Sequence record: DRR723986_3293
DNA: 60,155 nucleotides
Reading direction: 5' to 3' (one strand)
Part shown: positions 39,714 to 49,668 of the stretch, piece after piece
Layout of the letters: each line of letters begins with the position of its first letter
Position numbering within the stretch: position 1 is the stretch's first letter
Notes under the pieces: model-generated
Told to the model about the DNA's origin: nothing
Databases searched by the model: none
Seen by the model: only the letters and a program-made list of their open reading frames with translations
Program-made: the position numbers and the translations under genes

Positions 39714-41162
39714 TCAGAGTACCGGTGAAAGCAGTTTCGCCGCGGCCATGGCAAATACAAACCAGGCCGGGCGCTCGTCGATATCCCGCTGGCTAACAAC
39801 CAGTGAGCGCCGCATATCGGCTTCCAGCATCTCCTCCAGCTCGGCTGCGAAAGCCGGGTCATGCACCAGTGCGGTGATCTCGAAGTTGAGGCGGAAGGAG
39901 CGGTTGTCGAAATTGGCAGTGCCCACGCCGCCGAGCTCCCGGTCCATAAGAAAAACCTTCTGGTGCATGAAGCCGCCGCGGTAGCGGTAGACCTTTACTC
40001 CGGCGGGCAGCAGCTCGCGGGTGAAAGCCCAGTTAGCCATGCCCACAACCGGACCATCGGGTTCATTGGGGATAATCAGGCGAACATCGACACCGCGCAG
40101 GGCAGCCAGCTGCAGGGCGGAGATGATTCCGCGGTCCGGCACAAAGTAGGGGCTGGCGATCCAGATGCGTTCGCGGGCATAGACGATCACCTCGTGGTAC
40201 ATCAGTCCCGCTTCCTCAAACTCGCTGGCCGGGTCGGAGGGAAAGATCAATACCTTGCTATCACCCTGTGCGGCGCGGTCAAAGGTCCAGTCGATACCCA
40301 GATGTTCCCGTGTGGCCCAGCGCCAGTCGGTGGCGAATGCCAGTTCTGCCCCATGTACCGCAGGGCCCTCCAGGCGCACGTGAGTATCGCGCCAGTGACC
40401 GAAGCGACGCCCTTTGCCGAGGTATTCTTCTCCCACATTGTGACCGCCGATCCAGGCAATGCGGTTGTCGACTACGACGATCTTGCGGTGATTGCGGAAG
40501 TTGAGTTGGAAGCGGTTGCGGCGTCCCTGGGTAGTATTGAAAGCCGCGACCTTCACCCCGGTCATGACGAGCTGCTTGTGCAGACGGCTGCGAGGGAAGG
40601 GGCGACTGCCGATCTCGTCGTACAGCAGGAAAACCCTGACCCCGGCCCTGGCCTTGTCCGCCAGCACTCGCCCGATGCGTTTGCCCAGCGTATCGTCCCG
40701 GATGATGTAGAACTCGAACAGGATGTAATCTGTCGCCGATTCGAGCCCGGCGATGATGTCATCGAAGGTGGCGGTCCCGTCGATCAGCAGTTTTACCCGG
40801 TTGCCCTTGGTTGCCGGCAGCCGGGCAAGCTTGTGCAAACTGTTGTAGATCGGAAATTCCTGGGAGGGCGGGATAATGTGCTCTTCGATTTCTCCCCGGG
40901 TTTCCTGCAGCAAGCGGCTGGTTTGTTCCTCTATCTCCGCTTTTTCCTCGATATAACCGTCGAACCGGTTGCGCCCGAAGACCAGGTATAGCGGTACGGC
41001 GATAAAGGGGAAGGTAATGAGCGAGATAATCCAGGCGATGGAGCCCTGTGCCGTGCGTGATTGCAATACAGCCTCGACGGCCGACACGATTGCCAGGATA
41101 TAGAACAGTACTACCGCGACAGCGATCAGCTCGGCGTACAGCTCAAAAGCCAGTTCTATCAT
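39714..41162 (-). CDS. cls: cardiolipin synthase
   Basis: Two N-terminal TMs and two HKD motifs (NHRKIVVVD, HQKVFLMD), SPYFVPD, ANFDNRSF.LNFE. Confidence 0.93.
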   Translation of the reverse strand: MIELAFELYAELIAVAVVLFYILAIVSAVEAVLQSRTAQGSIAWIISLITFPFIAVPLYLVFGRNRFDGYIEEKAEIEEQTSRLLQETRGEIEEHIIPPSQEFPIYNSLHKLARLPATKGNRVKLLIDGTATFDDIIAGLESATDYILFEFYIIRDDTLGKRIGRVLADKARAGVRVFLLYDEIGSRPFPRSRLHKQLVMTGVKVAAFNTTQGRRNRFQLNFRNHRKIVVVDNRIAWIGGHNVGEEYLGKGRRFGHWRDTHVRLEGPAVHGAELAFATDWRWATREHLGIDWTFDRAAQGDSKVLIFPSDPASEFEEAGLMYHEVIVYARERIWIASPYFVPDRGIISALQLAALRGVDVRLIIPNEPDGPVVGMANWAFTRELLPAGVKVYRYRGGFMHQKVFLMDRELGGVGTANFDNRSFRLNFEITALVHDPAFAAELEEMLEADMRRSLVVSQRDIDERPAWFVFAMAAAKLLSPVL

Positions 41163-41316
41163 CGCTGCAGTGTAGCAGCAGGGTGTGCAGTATGCAGCGG
41201 CTGCGCAGAGCGTGCGGCCTGTCGCTCAGGCCGGCTGGTAAAGCGCCAGGCGCTGTTCGCGGCTTGCAGTGGTTAGCTGCGCCAGCCGATGGCGCCGATA
41301 GTTTTGTGATCCATGC

Positions 41317-42231
41317 TCATCCTCCTGTCGGTCCATCCAGCAACAGCTCGCGGAGCAGCGTGACATCGCTCTCGGTCAGGCCCAGTCCGTCGCGCACGTA
41401 GTTGTCGAAGCTGCCGTAGTCCTGGTCGATTTGTGTAAAACCGGCCTCCAGCCACTCCGGTTCCACACCCATGATCACGGTCAGCTTGTCGGCGGCTTCA
41501 TCGCCCTTGAACAGCCGTAACAGGAAGATGTCGCGCTCGCGTGCCGCCAGTGCATACTCCTTGCTCAGGGCGTAGTCGCGGAGCACCGTATCCGCCGGTA
41601 CCCCGAGGATGCGCAGCAGGATCGCAGCAGCGAATCCGGCCCGGTCCTTGCCTGCGCTGCAATGCCACAATACGGGCTCTCCCCCGGCGTTGATTACGGT
41701 TTGCAGGAAAGTCTGGTACTGAGGCGTAAAGCGGGAGGCGAAATGGCGGTTGGCTTCCAGCATAAAAACCTCGGGTTCGAAGTCGCTGAAGTCGCCGGCG
41801 TCGATACGCGCCATGATCTCCTCGGCAACCGAATTGTCGCCGCCATCGAGAGTGGGTATTTCGACCACGGCGAATCCCGGCGGCTCCGGCAGGCGGTCGG
41901 GTTCTTCCTGTTTCTCCGCAGAGGAACGGAAATCGACCAGCGTGTGCAGCCCCAACTGACTGAGATAGCCCAAATCGGAGCGGCTTGCCTCATGCAGGGT
42001 GCCGGAACGGTACAGCACGCCCCATTTGACTGTTCGCCCGTCCGTGGTCTGGTAACCGCCCACATCGCGGAAGTTGTGGATGCCCTCAAAGCCAAGGACC
42101 CGGTTTGCTTCACGCTCAGCGACGGGCAGCTGCGCCGGAATAGCGACCGGCGGTGAGGGAATGAACTGGATGATCGCAACGACCACCAGGAAGAGGGCGG
42201 CGACGCCACCCAGCAGTGTTTTCTTGTTCAA
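41317..42231 (-). CDS. protein tyrosine/phosphoinositide phosphatase (PtpB/IphP-like) with N-terminal signal anchor
   Basis: NFRDVGGY, LYRSG, VDFRS, P-loop HCSAGKDRAG, DYALS; hydrophobic N-terminus. Confidence 0.85.
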   Translation of the reverse strand: MNKKTLLGGVAALFLVVVAIIQFIPSPPVAIPAQLPVAEREANRVLGFEGIHNFRDVGGYQTTDGRTVKWGVLYRSGTLHEASRSDLGYLSQLGLHTLVDFRSSAEKQEEPDRLPEPPGFAVVEIPTLDGGDNSVAEEIMARIDAGDFSDFEPEVFMLEANRHFASRFTPQYQTFLQTVINAGGEPVLWHCSAGKDRAGFAAAILLRILGVPADTVLRDYALSKEYALAARERDIFLLRLFKGDEAADKLTVIMGVEPEWLEAGFTQIDQDYGSFDNYVRDGLGLTESDVTLLRELLLDGPTGG

Positions 42232-42303
42232 GCAGCGCTCCGGTCAGATCTTTGGATGGAAGACCGGGCTAAGCATAACAGCTCGCAGCAACGCTGTGAT
42301 GGG

Positions 42304-42708
42304 TCAGGAAAGCAGTCCTTTGCCGGGAACGAAGTTGGCTTCCAGGCGAATCCCGTCGGGATCCTCGAACAGCACCGAGTAGTAGCCCGGTGCCCAACCG
42401 TCTTCCTGGGGCGGGTGCACGATGCTTGCGCCAAGCGCCTTCAGAAACGTGTGCAGGCTGTCCACATCCTCGCGGCTACGGAGCCTGAAGCACAGGTGAT
42501 GCAGGCCGCATCGGCGTTGATCGAATGTACCGGGATCGCCGGCCCGGATGCCGAAGGCGGTTTTGCCTCCAACACAGTACAGGGTGTCTTCAGTGTCCAG
42601 CACCGGGGTCAGGCCGAGGAAAGGCAGCAACTCACGGTAGAAGGCTGTCGACGCAGCAAAGTCGCCGGCAGTAAGCATGGTGTGGGCAATACCGTTGAGC
42701 TCGACCAT
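42304..42708 (-). CDS. VOC/glyoxalase family protein
   Basis: IAH..L, GLHHLCFR, YYSVLFEDPDGIRLE. Confidence 0.88.
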   Translation of the reverse strand: MVELNGIAHTMLTAGDFAASTAFYRELLPFLGLTPVLDTEDTLYCVGGKTAFGIRAGDPGTFDQRRCGLHHLCFRLRSREDVDSLHTFLKALGASIVHPPQEDGWAPGYYSVLFEDPDGIRLEANFVPGKGLLS

Positions 42709-42717
42709 GGCTATTGC

Positions 42718-43077
42718 TTAACCGTGTCGGGTGTTTTCCGGTCCCCAGTAGGCGCGCATATGCTTCACCTTGCCTTCGCCATCGAAGTCGAACACATCAA
42801 TGACGTCCATGGTCATGTCGCCCATGCTGACCTGGAAGGGAAAGGCCGCAGAGTTGCCGGCGCAACGCACCGGGCCGTTCAGTGACAGGGTGACTCCCAC
42901 CGCCATTGCGCCCTCGTAAAAGGCGAGAATGGCGTCAATGCCCACGTGGGGGTCAGTGCCGACGGGATCTTCGACCGTGGCGTCTGCCGCGTACATATTT
43001 CTGATAATGCTGATATCGTTGGTTTTGAACGCATCTATGTAGCCGTTGACTACTGCAACCATGTGTTCACTGCTCAT
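42718..43077 (-). CDS. ksi: delta5-3-ketosteroid isomerase-like NTF2 protein
   Basis: EHMVAVVNGY, ADATVEDPVG, AFY, AAFPF, IDVF, MRAYWG align by eye with Comamonas KSI, including the Tyr14/Asp38/Tyr55/Asp99 positions. Confidence 0.75.
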   Translation of the reverse strand: MSSEHMVAVVNGYIDAFKTNDISIIRNMYAADATVEDPVGTDPHVGIDAILAFYEGAMAVGVTLSLNGPVRCAGNSAAFPFQVSMGDMTMDVIDVFDFDGEGKVKHMRAYWGPENTRHG

Positions 43078-43101
43078 CTTTCCCTGCTCCCCTTGTGATA
43101 G

Positions 43102-44232
43102 TCAGTAGCCGCAAAGCGTGGCGTAGCGGTTCTTGTGGTAGCCGGTATCTCCCAGCAGTTGCATCGTAACCCTGGCGCGTTTGAGAAAGAAACCGATTTC
43201 CAGTTCATCGGTGACGCCGATCCCGCCGTGCATCTGGACCGCCTCGTTACTCACCAGTTTCGCAAGTCCATTGAGCCGCGCCTTGGCGAGGCTGGCGACC
43301 AGCGGCAGCTGTTGCGGATCGTCATCGACGCTGGACAGGGCTTGCAGGACCACTGAACGGGCCAGTTCGAGTTCGGCCTGGATATGCGCGGCGCGGTGCT
43401 GCAGGGCCTGGAAGCTGCCGATCTTGACCCCGAACTGCTCCCGTTGCTTGAGATAGTCCACAGTGCGTTCAAAGACCTCCTGCGCGCTGCCCAGCATCTC
43501 TGCGGCGAGTGCTACCCGGCCCCGATCGAGCACCGGTTCGAGAAAGCTCCAGGCCTTCCCGGGTTCGCCGACCAGGGCCTCGGCGGACACCCGAACGTCA
43601 CGGAAGCGGATGTTGGCGGCATTGCGGCTGTCGGCCATGATCGTGCGTCGGCATTCGACGCCGGCGCTGTTACGGTCCAGCAGGAACAGGCTGATCCCTT
43701 GCGCAGGGTCGTCGTGCGAGGCGGTAACCAGCAGCTTGTCGGCGCTGTGGCCATCGATGACGAAGACTTTCTCGCCGTCCAGGCGGAAGCCGTCACCGTC
43801 TGCGCTTGCGCGTGTTGCCACGGTCAGCGGTGCGTGGTGATGTGATTCTTCCAGGGCCAGGGCAAGGGTCAGGGCGCCGCTGGCAATTTCCGGCAGCAGC
43901 GCGCTCTTTTGCGCTTCACTGCCGCCTAACAGGATCGCCGACGCGCCCAGCACGCCCGTGGCCAATAGTGGCGAAGCCGTCAGCGTCCGTCCACTTTCCT
44001 CCAGGACCGCGCCGAGCCCGGCAAACCCGAAGTCCAGGCCACCATAGGCTTCAGGCAGGATGATGCTGGCCCAGCCAAGCTCGGCCATCTGCTGCCACAG
44101 GTCGGAATCGTAACCGAGGGCATCGCGCTGGTCGCGCAACGCGCGTAACTGGGTGACGGGTGCGTTGGCCTGCAGGAAATCGCGGGCGGTTTCGCGCAGC
44201 AGGCGCTGCTCTTCATTCAGTACGAGTGCCAT
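43102..44232 (-). CDS. acyl-CoA dehydrogenase, second subunit of a tandem pair
   Basis: LPEAYGG, GEKVFV, REQFGVKIGSFQALQH, QMHGGIGVT.E. Confidence 0.88.
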   Translation of the reverse strand: MALVLNEEQRLLRETARDFLQANAPVTQLRALRDQRDALGYDSDLWQQMAELGWASIILPEAYGGLDFGFAGLGAVLEESGRTLTASPLLATGVLGASAILLGGSEAQKSALLPEIASGALTLALALEESHHHAPLTVATRASADGDGFRLDGEKVFVIDGHSADKLLVTASHDDPAQGISLFLLDRNSAGVECRRTIMADSRNAANIRFRDVRVSAEALVGEPGKAWSFLEPVLDRGRVALAAEMLGSAQEVFERTVDYLKQREQFGVKIGSFQALQHRAAHIQAELELARSVVLQALSSVDDDPQQLPLVASLAKARLNGLAKLVSNEAVQMHGGIGVTDELEIGFFLKRARVTMQLLGDTGYHKNRYATLCGY

Positions 44233-44234
44233 GA

Positions 44235-45437
44235 TCAGTTCCTCGCCTGCGGAAGTTCAAGCACGGCCTTGGCGATAACGTTCAGCTGTATCTCCGAGCT
44301 GCCTCCGGCAATCGTCATCGCCTTGGACATGGCCCACAGTCGCAAGGTGTCGATCTCCTCGCCGGTGAATTCCTCACCCTCCCAGCCGAGGCCACGGCTA
44401 CCCATGATAGCGAGCAGCAGTTCACTCTTGGCCTTCTCCGCTTCCGTTCCAACGTATTTCATGACCAGGGGTGCCGCGCTGGACAGCCCGGCCTGCTTTT
44501 CCTCAAAGCAGCGCAGGTGGGTCAGGCCGATGGCGTGCATCTCCATCTCGTATTCCACCAGTTGGGAGCGCAGTTCCGGGTCGCTGATCTTGCCGTTGTC
44601 GTGAGCCAGGTACTGGCTTGCGGCCTCCCGCGGGGTCAGTACCTTGCGCGGCGAATCGCTGCCAATTTCGGCCATCAGCTTGCGCTCGTGCACCAGCAGG
44701 GCCTTGGCTACGGACCAGCCGCGGTTGAGCTCGCCGACCAGGTTTTCCTTCGGCACCTCGACGTTGTCGAAGAAGGTCTGGCAGAACTCCGAATCACCGC
44801 TGATCAGCTCGATCGGCGAGACGCTGACCCCGGGTGAGTCCATGTCGATCAGCAGGAAACTGATGCCTTCTTGTTTCTTGGCGTCGGGGTCTGTGCGCAC
44901 CAGGCAGAAAATCCAGTCGCAGCGATCCGCGGCGGTAGTCCAGATTTTGCTGCCATTGACCAGGAAGTGGTCGCCGCGATCCTCGGCCCGACACTGCAGG
45001 CTGGCGAGATCGGAGCCGGCGCCAGGTTCGGAATAGCCCTGGGCCCAGCGCGTCTCGGCATTGACGATGGCCTGCAGGTGCTGCGCCTTCTGCTCCTCGT
45101 TGCCGTATTCCAGCAGCGCTGGCCCCAGCATCCAGAGCCCGAGCCCGTAGAGCGGGGTGCGGGCATTGATGCGTTTCATTTCCTGCTTGAGCACCCGCGC
45201 TTCGGCCGCGCTGAGTCCACCGCCGCCATACGCCGTTGGCCAGTCAGGCGCGATCCAGCCGCGATCCCGCATGCGCTCGTACCAGAGGCGGGCATCGGCG
45301 GAGGGAAACGAACCTCTGCGTCCGCCCCAGAACTGGTCTTCGGTGGCGGCCGCATGGCGCTGCGACTCCGGGCAGTTTTCCTCCAGCCAGACGCGTACCG
45401 AGGTCCTGAATTCTTCGAGTTGCTGCAACTGCTCCAT
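44235..45437 (-). CDS. acyl-CoA dehydrogenase, first subunit of a tandem pair (PimC/FadE-type)
   Basis: WPTAYGGG, QGYSEPGAGSDLASL, NGSKIWT, GISFLL, IAGGSSEIQ. Confidence 0.9.
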   Translation of the reverse strand: MEQLQQLEEFRTSVRVWLEENCPESQRHAAATEDQFWGGRRGSFPSADARLWYERMRDRGWIAPDWPTAYGGGGLSAAEARVLKQEMKRINARTPLYGLGLWMLGPALLEYGNEEQKAQHLQAIVNAETRWAQGYSEPGAGSDLASLQCRAEDRGDHFLVNGSKIWTTAADRCDWIFCLVRTDPDAKKQEGISFLLIDMDSPGVSVSPIELISGDSEFCQTFFDNVEVPKENLVGELNRGWSVAKALLVHERKLMAEIGSDSPRKVLTPREAASQYLAHDNGKISDPELRSQLVEYEMEMHAIGLTHLRCFEEKQAGLSSAAPLVMKYVGTEAEKAKSELLLAIMGSRGLGWEGEEFTGEEIDTLRLWAMSKAMTIAGGSSEIQLNVIAKAVLELPQARN

Positions 45438-45659
45438 CCTTTTTTGTTCCGTGCCGCCAGTGCGTCTTTTTAAGGTCGCTCAGGGTAATCCCTGGCCCGC
45501 GCAAGGCAATGGCCGAATAAGTCAGCACCGGTGACAAATCTGGACAGTACCTGGTTACCGGTCCAGTCGCGCTCCCCTGGTTCACTGCCCCGTACCGGGC
45601 CGCTTGACCCTCCGGGGTGCGGCTGGGCATGCTTTGGCCAGTTTTAGGGAGGCGTTGCG

Positions 45660-46409
45660 ATGCAGAGGTTCAAAGATCGGGCGGTGCTGGTGACCGGCGC
45701 CGGTAGCGGTATCGGCCGGGCCAGTGCCCTGCGCATTGCGGCAGAGGGCGGCAAGGTGCTTTGTGCCGACCTGCATCGCGAGTCGCTGGAGGCGACGGTG
45801 GCGAGCATCCGGGATGACGGTGGCGAGGCAAGCGCGCAGCTTTGTGATGTGGCGGATCCCGCCCAGGTGGAAGCCTGTATCGCCGCCTGTATCGATACTT
45901 ACGGTAGCCTGTACGCCCTGGTCAATATGGCGGGCATTCTGCGCTTTGACGATACCGAGAGGCTGGAGCAGGCGGCTTGGGACCGGGTCATTGCGATCAA
46001 CCTCACTGGCACCATGCTGCTGTGCCGTGCCGCCTTGCCGCACTTGGTGAAAAGCGGCGGCAATATTGTCAATGCAGCGTCCACGGCGGCCCTGGCCGGG
46101 CTACCCAGCGGAGTGGCCTATTCCGCCAGCAAGGGGGGCGTTCTGGCGATGACCCGCAGCATTGCCATTGAGTATGGCAAGCGCGGAGTCCGGGCCAATT
46201 GCGTCTGCCCCGGGGATATCAATACGGGGATGACCACCGGGATCGACTATCCCGACAATATGGACTTCGACCTCATACCCCGCATCATGTCGCTGACCGG
46301 ACCGCGGGATCCTGAAGTCGTGGCGGGGGTCATTGCCATGCTCGCCTCCGATGACGGGGCTCATATTACGGGTGAGGATATTCGGGTCGACGGCGGCACA
46401 CTGTCCTGA
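45660..46409 (+). CDS. classical SDR oxidoreductase
   Basis: TGAGSGIG, NMAG, YSASK, NCVCPG, ITG..IRVDGG. Confidence 0.9.
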   Translation: MQRFKDRAVLVTGAGSGIGRASALRIAAEGGKVLCADLHRESLEATVASIRDDGGEASAQLCDVADPAQVEACIAACIDTYGSLYALVNMAGILRFDDTERLEQAAWDRVIAINLTGTMLLCRAALPHLVKSGGNIVNAASTAALAGLPSGVAYSASKGGVLAMTRSIAIEYGKRGVRANCVCPGDINTGMTTGIDYPDNMDFDLIPRIMSLTGPRDPEVVAGVIAMLASDDGAHITGEDIRVDGGTLS

Positions 46410-46483
46410 TTCCTGGCGCGCGTCCTGCGCGCTAAGCGTCTATACTCTGTGCCCTGTGACAAGCCAGCGACAGGAGCCGGGCA

Positions 46484-47665
46484 ATGGCGTTTGACGGTGC
46501 TTTCAGCGCGCTACCGGCACGTTTGCTGGAACAGGATGGTGGTGGCTGGGAGGTTCATGACCGGGCCGTGACCCGGCTTGGCAACGGCGAGGACGTCATC
46601 CTGTTGTGCGTGGGTGATCCGGACTTCCGCACCCCGGAGCCAATCATCGATAACGCGGTCAGTTACCTGCGCGTCGGCCGCACCCACTATTCCCCCTCCC
46701 TTGGCGAGCTGAAATTGCGTCGGGCGGTGGCTGATCTCGAAACCCGCAGCTCCCCGCACCCCTGCACCGTCGACGAGGTGGCGATTTTCCCCGGCGCGAC
46801 CAATGCCATCTTCGCGGTCATGTCCTGCCTGCTCAATCCGGGCGACGAAGTTATCATCCCCGAGCCGATGTACGTCGGCTATATGCCGATCATGCAGGCG
46901 ATCGATGCGTCAGTTAAATCAGTGCCCCTGGACGCGCAGGCCGGTTTCGATCTCGACCTGGAGGCGGTTAAGGCAGCGTTCAGTACGCGCACCCGGGTGC
47001 TGTTCCTTAACACGCCGGGCAATCCGACGGGCTCGATCATCTCAGCTGCCAAGCTGCGCGAGTTAGGCGCCTTCTGTCGTGAGCGTGGGGTATGGCTGGT
47101 CTGCGACGAGGTGTACTCCATGTTTGTCTACGAGGGGCGGCACCGCTCGGCGCGCTGCGCGGTTGACCAGTTTGACAACGTGGTGATGATTGATGGCCTG
47201 TCCAAATCGCATGCCATGAGCGGTTGGCGCATGGGTTGGGCGGTTGCGCCCCCCGCGCTGGTGCAGCGCCTTGGCGCGTTTGCCGCCGCGACCCTGTTTG
47301 GCAGTCCCCAGTTCATCCAGGATGCCAGTGCCTTTGCCCTCGAGAATGATCAGGTGTATGTCGCCCGTATGCGCGAGGAATACCGTGAGCGCCGCGATTT
47401 TGTGCTCGGCAAGCTGGACAGGATCGAGAAGTTGACTTGCTGCCGACCGCGGGCCGGTATGTTTGTCATGTGCAATGTGGCGGGCACCGGCCTGAGCGGC
47501 CGTGAGTTCGCCGAGCGACTGCTCGACGAGCAATTGGTGTCGGTGGTGCCGGGCGATGCCTTTGGGCCGTCGGCAGCAGACTTCGTGCGCATTGGCCTGG
47601 CCCAGGATATGCCGGTGCTGAAGAAAGCCTGCAAGCGGATTCGCAGCTTTTGTGCCAGCCTATGA
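46484..47665 (+). CDS. class I/II PLP aminotransferase (AruH-like)
   Basis: WEVH.RA, VGDPDF, NTPGNPTG, DEVY, LSKSHAMSGWRMG. Confidence 0.85.
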   Translation: MAFDGAFSALPARLLEQDGGGWEVHDRAVTRLGNGEDVILLCVGDPDFRTPEPIIDNAVSYLRVGRTHYSPSLGELKLRRAVADLETRSSPHPCTVDEVAIFPGATNAIFAVMSCLLNPGDEVIIPEPMYVGYMPIMQAIDASVKSVPLDAQAGFDLDLEAVKAAFSTRTRVLFLNTPGNPTGSIISAAKLRELGAFCRERGVWLVCDEVYSMFVYEGRHRSARCAVDQFDNVVMIDGLSKSHAMSGWRMGWAVAPPALVQRLGAFAAATLFGSPQFIQDASAFALENDQVYVARMREEYRERRDFVLGKLDRIEKLTCCRPRAGMFVMCNVAGTGLSGREFAERLLDEQLVSVVPGDAFGPSAADFVRIGLAQDMPVLKKACKRIRSFCASL

Positions 47666-47668
47666 GCG

Positions 47669-48721
47669 CTACTGGGACTCGCTCAGTCTCACCTTAAACT
47701 GCTGCGTCTCATCGCCGCGCCGTGTTTTCACTTCGATGGTCTCACCGACTTTGCGCTTTTCCAGTGCGCTGAAATAATCATCGTTGCTGCGCACGGGTTT
47801 ATTGTCGATGTGGGTGATAATGTCGCCCAGCATGACCTCGCCGCGGGCGTTACGGTAGGCGCCACGAATCCCCGCTTCGGCGGCGGGTAGCCCGGGGAAC
47901 ACCCGCACTACCGGAACCCCCTCGATGCGATAGCGCCGCGTCCAGCGGTCGCTGGCGAGCTCGACGCCCATGATCGGTCGCAGGATGCGGCCGTAGCTGA
48001 TCAACTGCGGTACCACATCCTTGACCGTATTTACCGGGATCGCGAAACCGATGCCCGCGCTGGCACCGCTGGGACTGTAGATCGCGGTGTTGACCCCGAC
48101 CAGCTGGCCCAGGGAGTTGAGCAGTGGTCCGCCAGAATTGCCCGGATTGATCGCCGCGTCGGTCTGGATCACGCCGCGGATACGGCGATTGCTTGGGGCC
48201 TGTATTTCCCGCCCCAGCGCGCTCACCACGCCGGTCGTAAGGGTAGTATCCAGGCCGAAGGGATTGCCGATGGCCAGTACCTTGCGCCCCACCGACAGTT
48301 CGGAGGAATCTCCGATCGGCAGTGTTACCAGGTTATCCGGTGGTTCGAGAATCCTCAGTACTGCCAGGTCTTTCTCCGGGGCGATGCCGATGATCTGGGC
48401 GTCGTATTCGCTGCCCTCCTGCAAAGTCACGGTCAGGCGCTGGGCCCCGGCGATAACGTGGAAGTTGGTGACGACCAGGCCGCTCTTGTCCCACACAAAG
48501 CCGGTCCCCGAACCGCGCGGGATCTCCTGTACGTTTAGCGAGAACAGGTCTCGGCGCAGCGCCTTGTTGGTGACAAACACCACTGCCGGGCTTGCCCGGC
48601 TGAAGATTTCGGTGGTGTTGGCTTCATCCTCGGTGGCGAAGCTGAGGTAGTCGGGCTCCTCGGCCGCTGTCGCCAGGCCTTGGCACAACAGGGCGAGCAT
48701 CAGCAGGCGCAGGAAAGACAT
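47669..48721 (-). CDS. HtrA/Deg-family serine protease, single PDZ
   Basis: Signal peptide, GSGTGF, TNFHV, DLAVL, QTDAAINPGNSGGPL, PDZ domain. Confidence 0.92.
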   Translation of the reverse strand: MSFLRLLMLALLCQGLATAAEEPDYLSFATEDEANTTEIFSRASPAVVFVTNKALRRDLFSLNVQEIPRGSGTGFVWDKSGLVVTNFHVIAGAQRLTVTLQEGSEYDAQIIGIAPEKDLAVLRILEPPDNLVTLPIGDSSELSVGRKVLAIGNPFGLDTTLTTGVVSALGREIQAPSNRRIRGVIQTDAAINPGNSGGPLLNSLGQLVGVNTAIYSPSGASAGIGFAIPVNTVKDVVPQLISYGRILRPIMGVELASDRWTRRYRIEGVPVVRVFPGLPAAEAGIRGAYRNARGEVMLGDIITHIDNKPVRSNDDYFSALEKRKVGETIEVKTRRGDETQQFKVRLSESQ

Positions 48722-49452
48722 CAGCTAGCGTACTGTCCGGAGTTAAACAGGTCGAGAAACTGCAGGATCCTGGCTGCGTTGGCTCCGAGGTCGCTGACCC
48801 CTACCCGGGAAACGGAGCGCAGGTCGACCAGGGTGCCGTCGGCATCGGTACGCAGGCGAATCACCACGTCATCCTTGAAACCCATCATCAAGGTCGTGTC
48901 CACCGCCTGGATGATTCCCTCGTCGAGGTCCTGGCGGATGATTTCCCAGTCCAGCGCTTCGGCGATAGCCAGCGACCGGGCAAAAGCCTGGTCGATGGAC
49001 AGGTCACTGCGCAGGGTTTTCACCTGCGGGTAGGCGTCGAGCTGCTGGTTGATGGTTTCAGGCGATGTGTCCAGCGAGTTAGATGTGGCACCCCTTTGGC
49101 TGAGGGCCTGCTCGAATACCGGGGGATCGGCCACGTCGGTGGAGATATCGTGAATCGGTGGCACACTGCGTGAGCCCAGCAGTGAGAACAGCAGCAAAGC
49201 GCCGGGTAACAGGAATAGCGAGCGCTTGGTAATGGCGCCGCGGAAAGGGCGGTACCGGGGCAGCGCCAGCATGATCACACAGCCCAGCAGCAGCAGGCTG
49301 CTACCCGCGCAAGCCAGGGCATACAGCAGCAGCCCCTGTTGCCATGCGCCGGAGCGCACCGTCAGCACCGACAGCGGCAGAAGCACCAGCAGGGTGATGG
49401 CGAGATAGCCGGCCCAGGTCACCAGCCGCGAATTACTTGAGAAGTTGCCCAT
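48721..49452 (-). CDS. DUF1499 membrane protein
   Basis: Three N-terminal TMs, PPIHDISTD, GFKDDVVIR, DLRSVSRVG.SDLGANAARI. Confidence 0.85.
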   Translation of the reverse strand: MGNFSSNSRLVTWAGYLAITLLVLLPLSVLTVRSGAWQQGLLLYALACAGSSLLLLGCVIMLALPRYRPFRGAITKRSLFLLPGALLLFSLLGSRSVPPIHDISTDVADPPVFEQALSQRGATSNSLDTSPETINQQLDAYPQVKTLRSDLSIDQAFARSLAIAEALDWEIIRQDLDEGIIQAVDTTLMMGFKDDVVIRLRTDADGTLVDLRSVSRVGVSDLGANAARILQFLDLFNSGQYAS

Positions 49453-49668
49453 TGCCTGATTCCATCCTTGTCTTGTGAAGCGCAAGAATACACCGCTACT
49501 GCAGGTGTCGCGAGTCTGGCAGCCGGTTTAACTGGACAGCCCCGGGCCGCATTTGCAAGCCGTAGAATTGAGCGCGCACTACGGTTTTGATTACCCTGCG
49601 TGCTGCATCGCGCGGCCGTGTTCGGCGTGCTTCAGTGAATTTGACCAACGATACAGGACGAAAGTTGC

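Noticed and set aside
45540-45566. CTGGAC-N15-GTCCAG inverted repeat in a divergent promoter region
   Set aside because: Only 6-bp arms in GC-rich DNA; compatible with chance.
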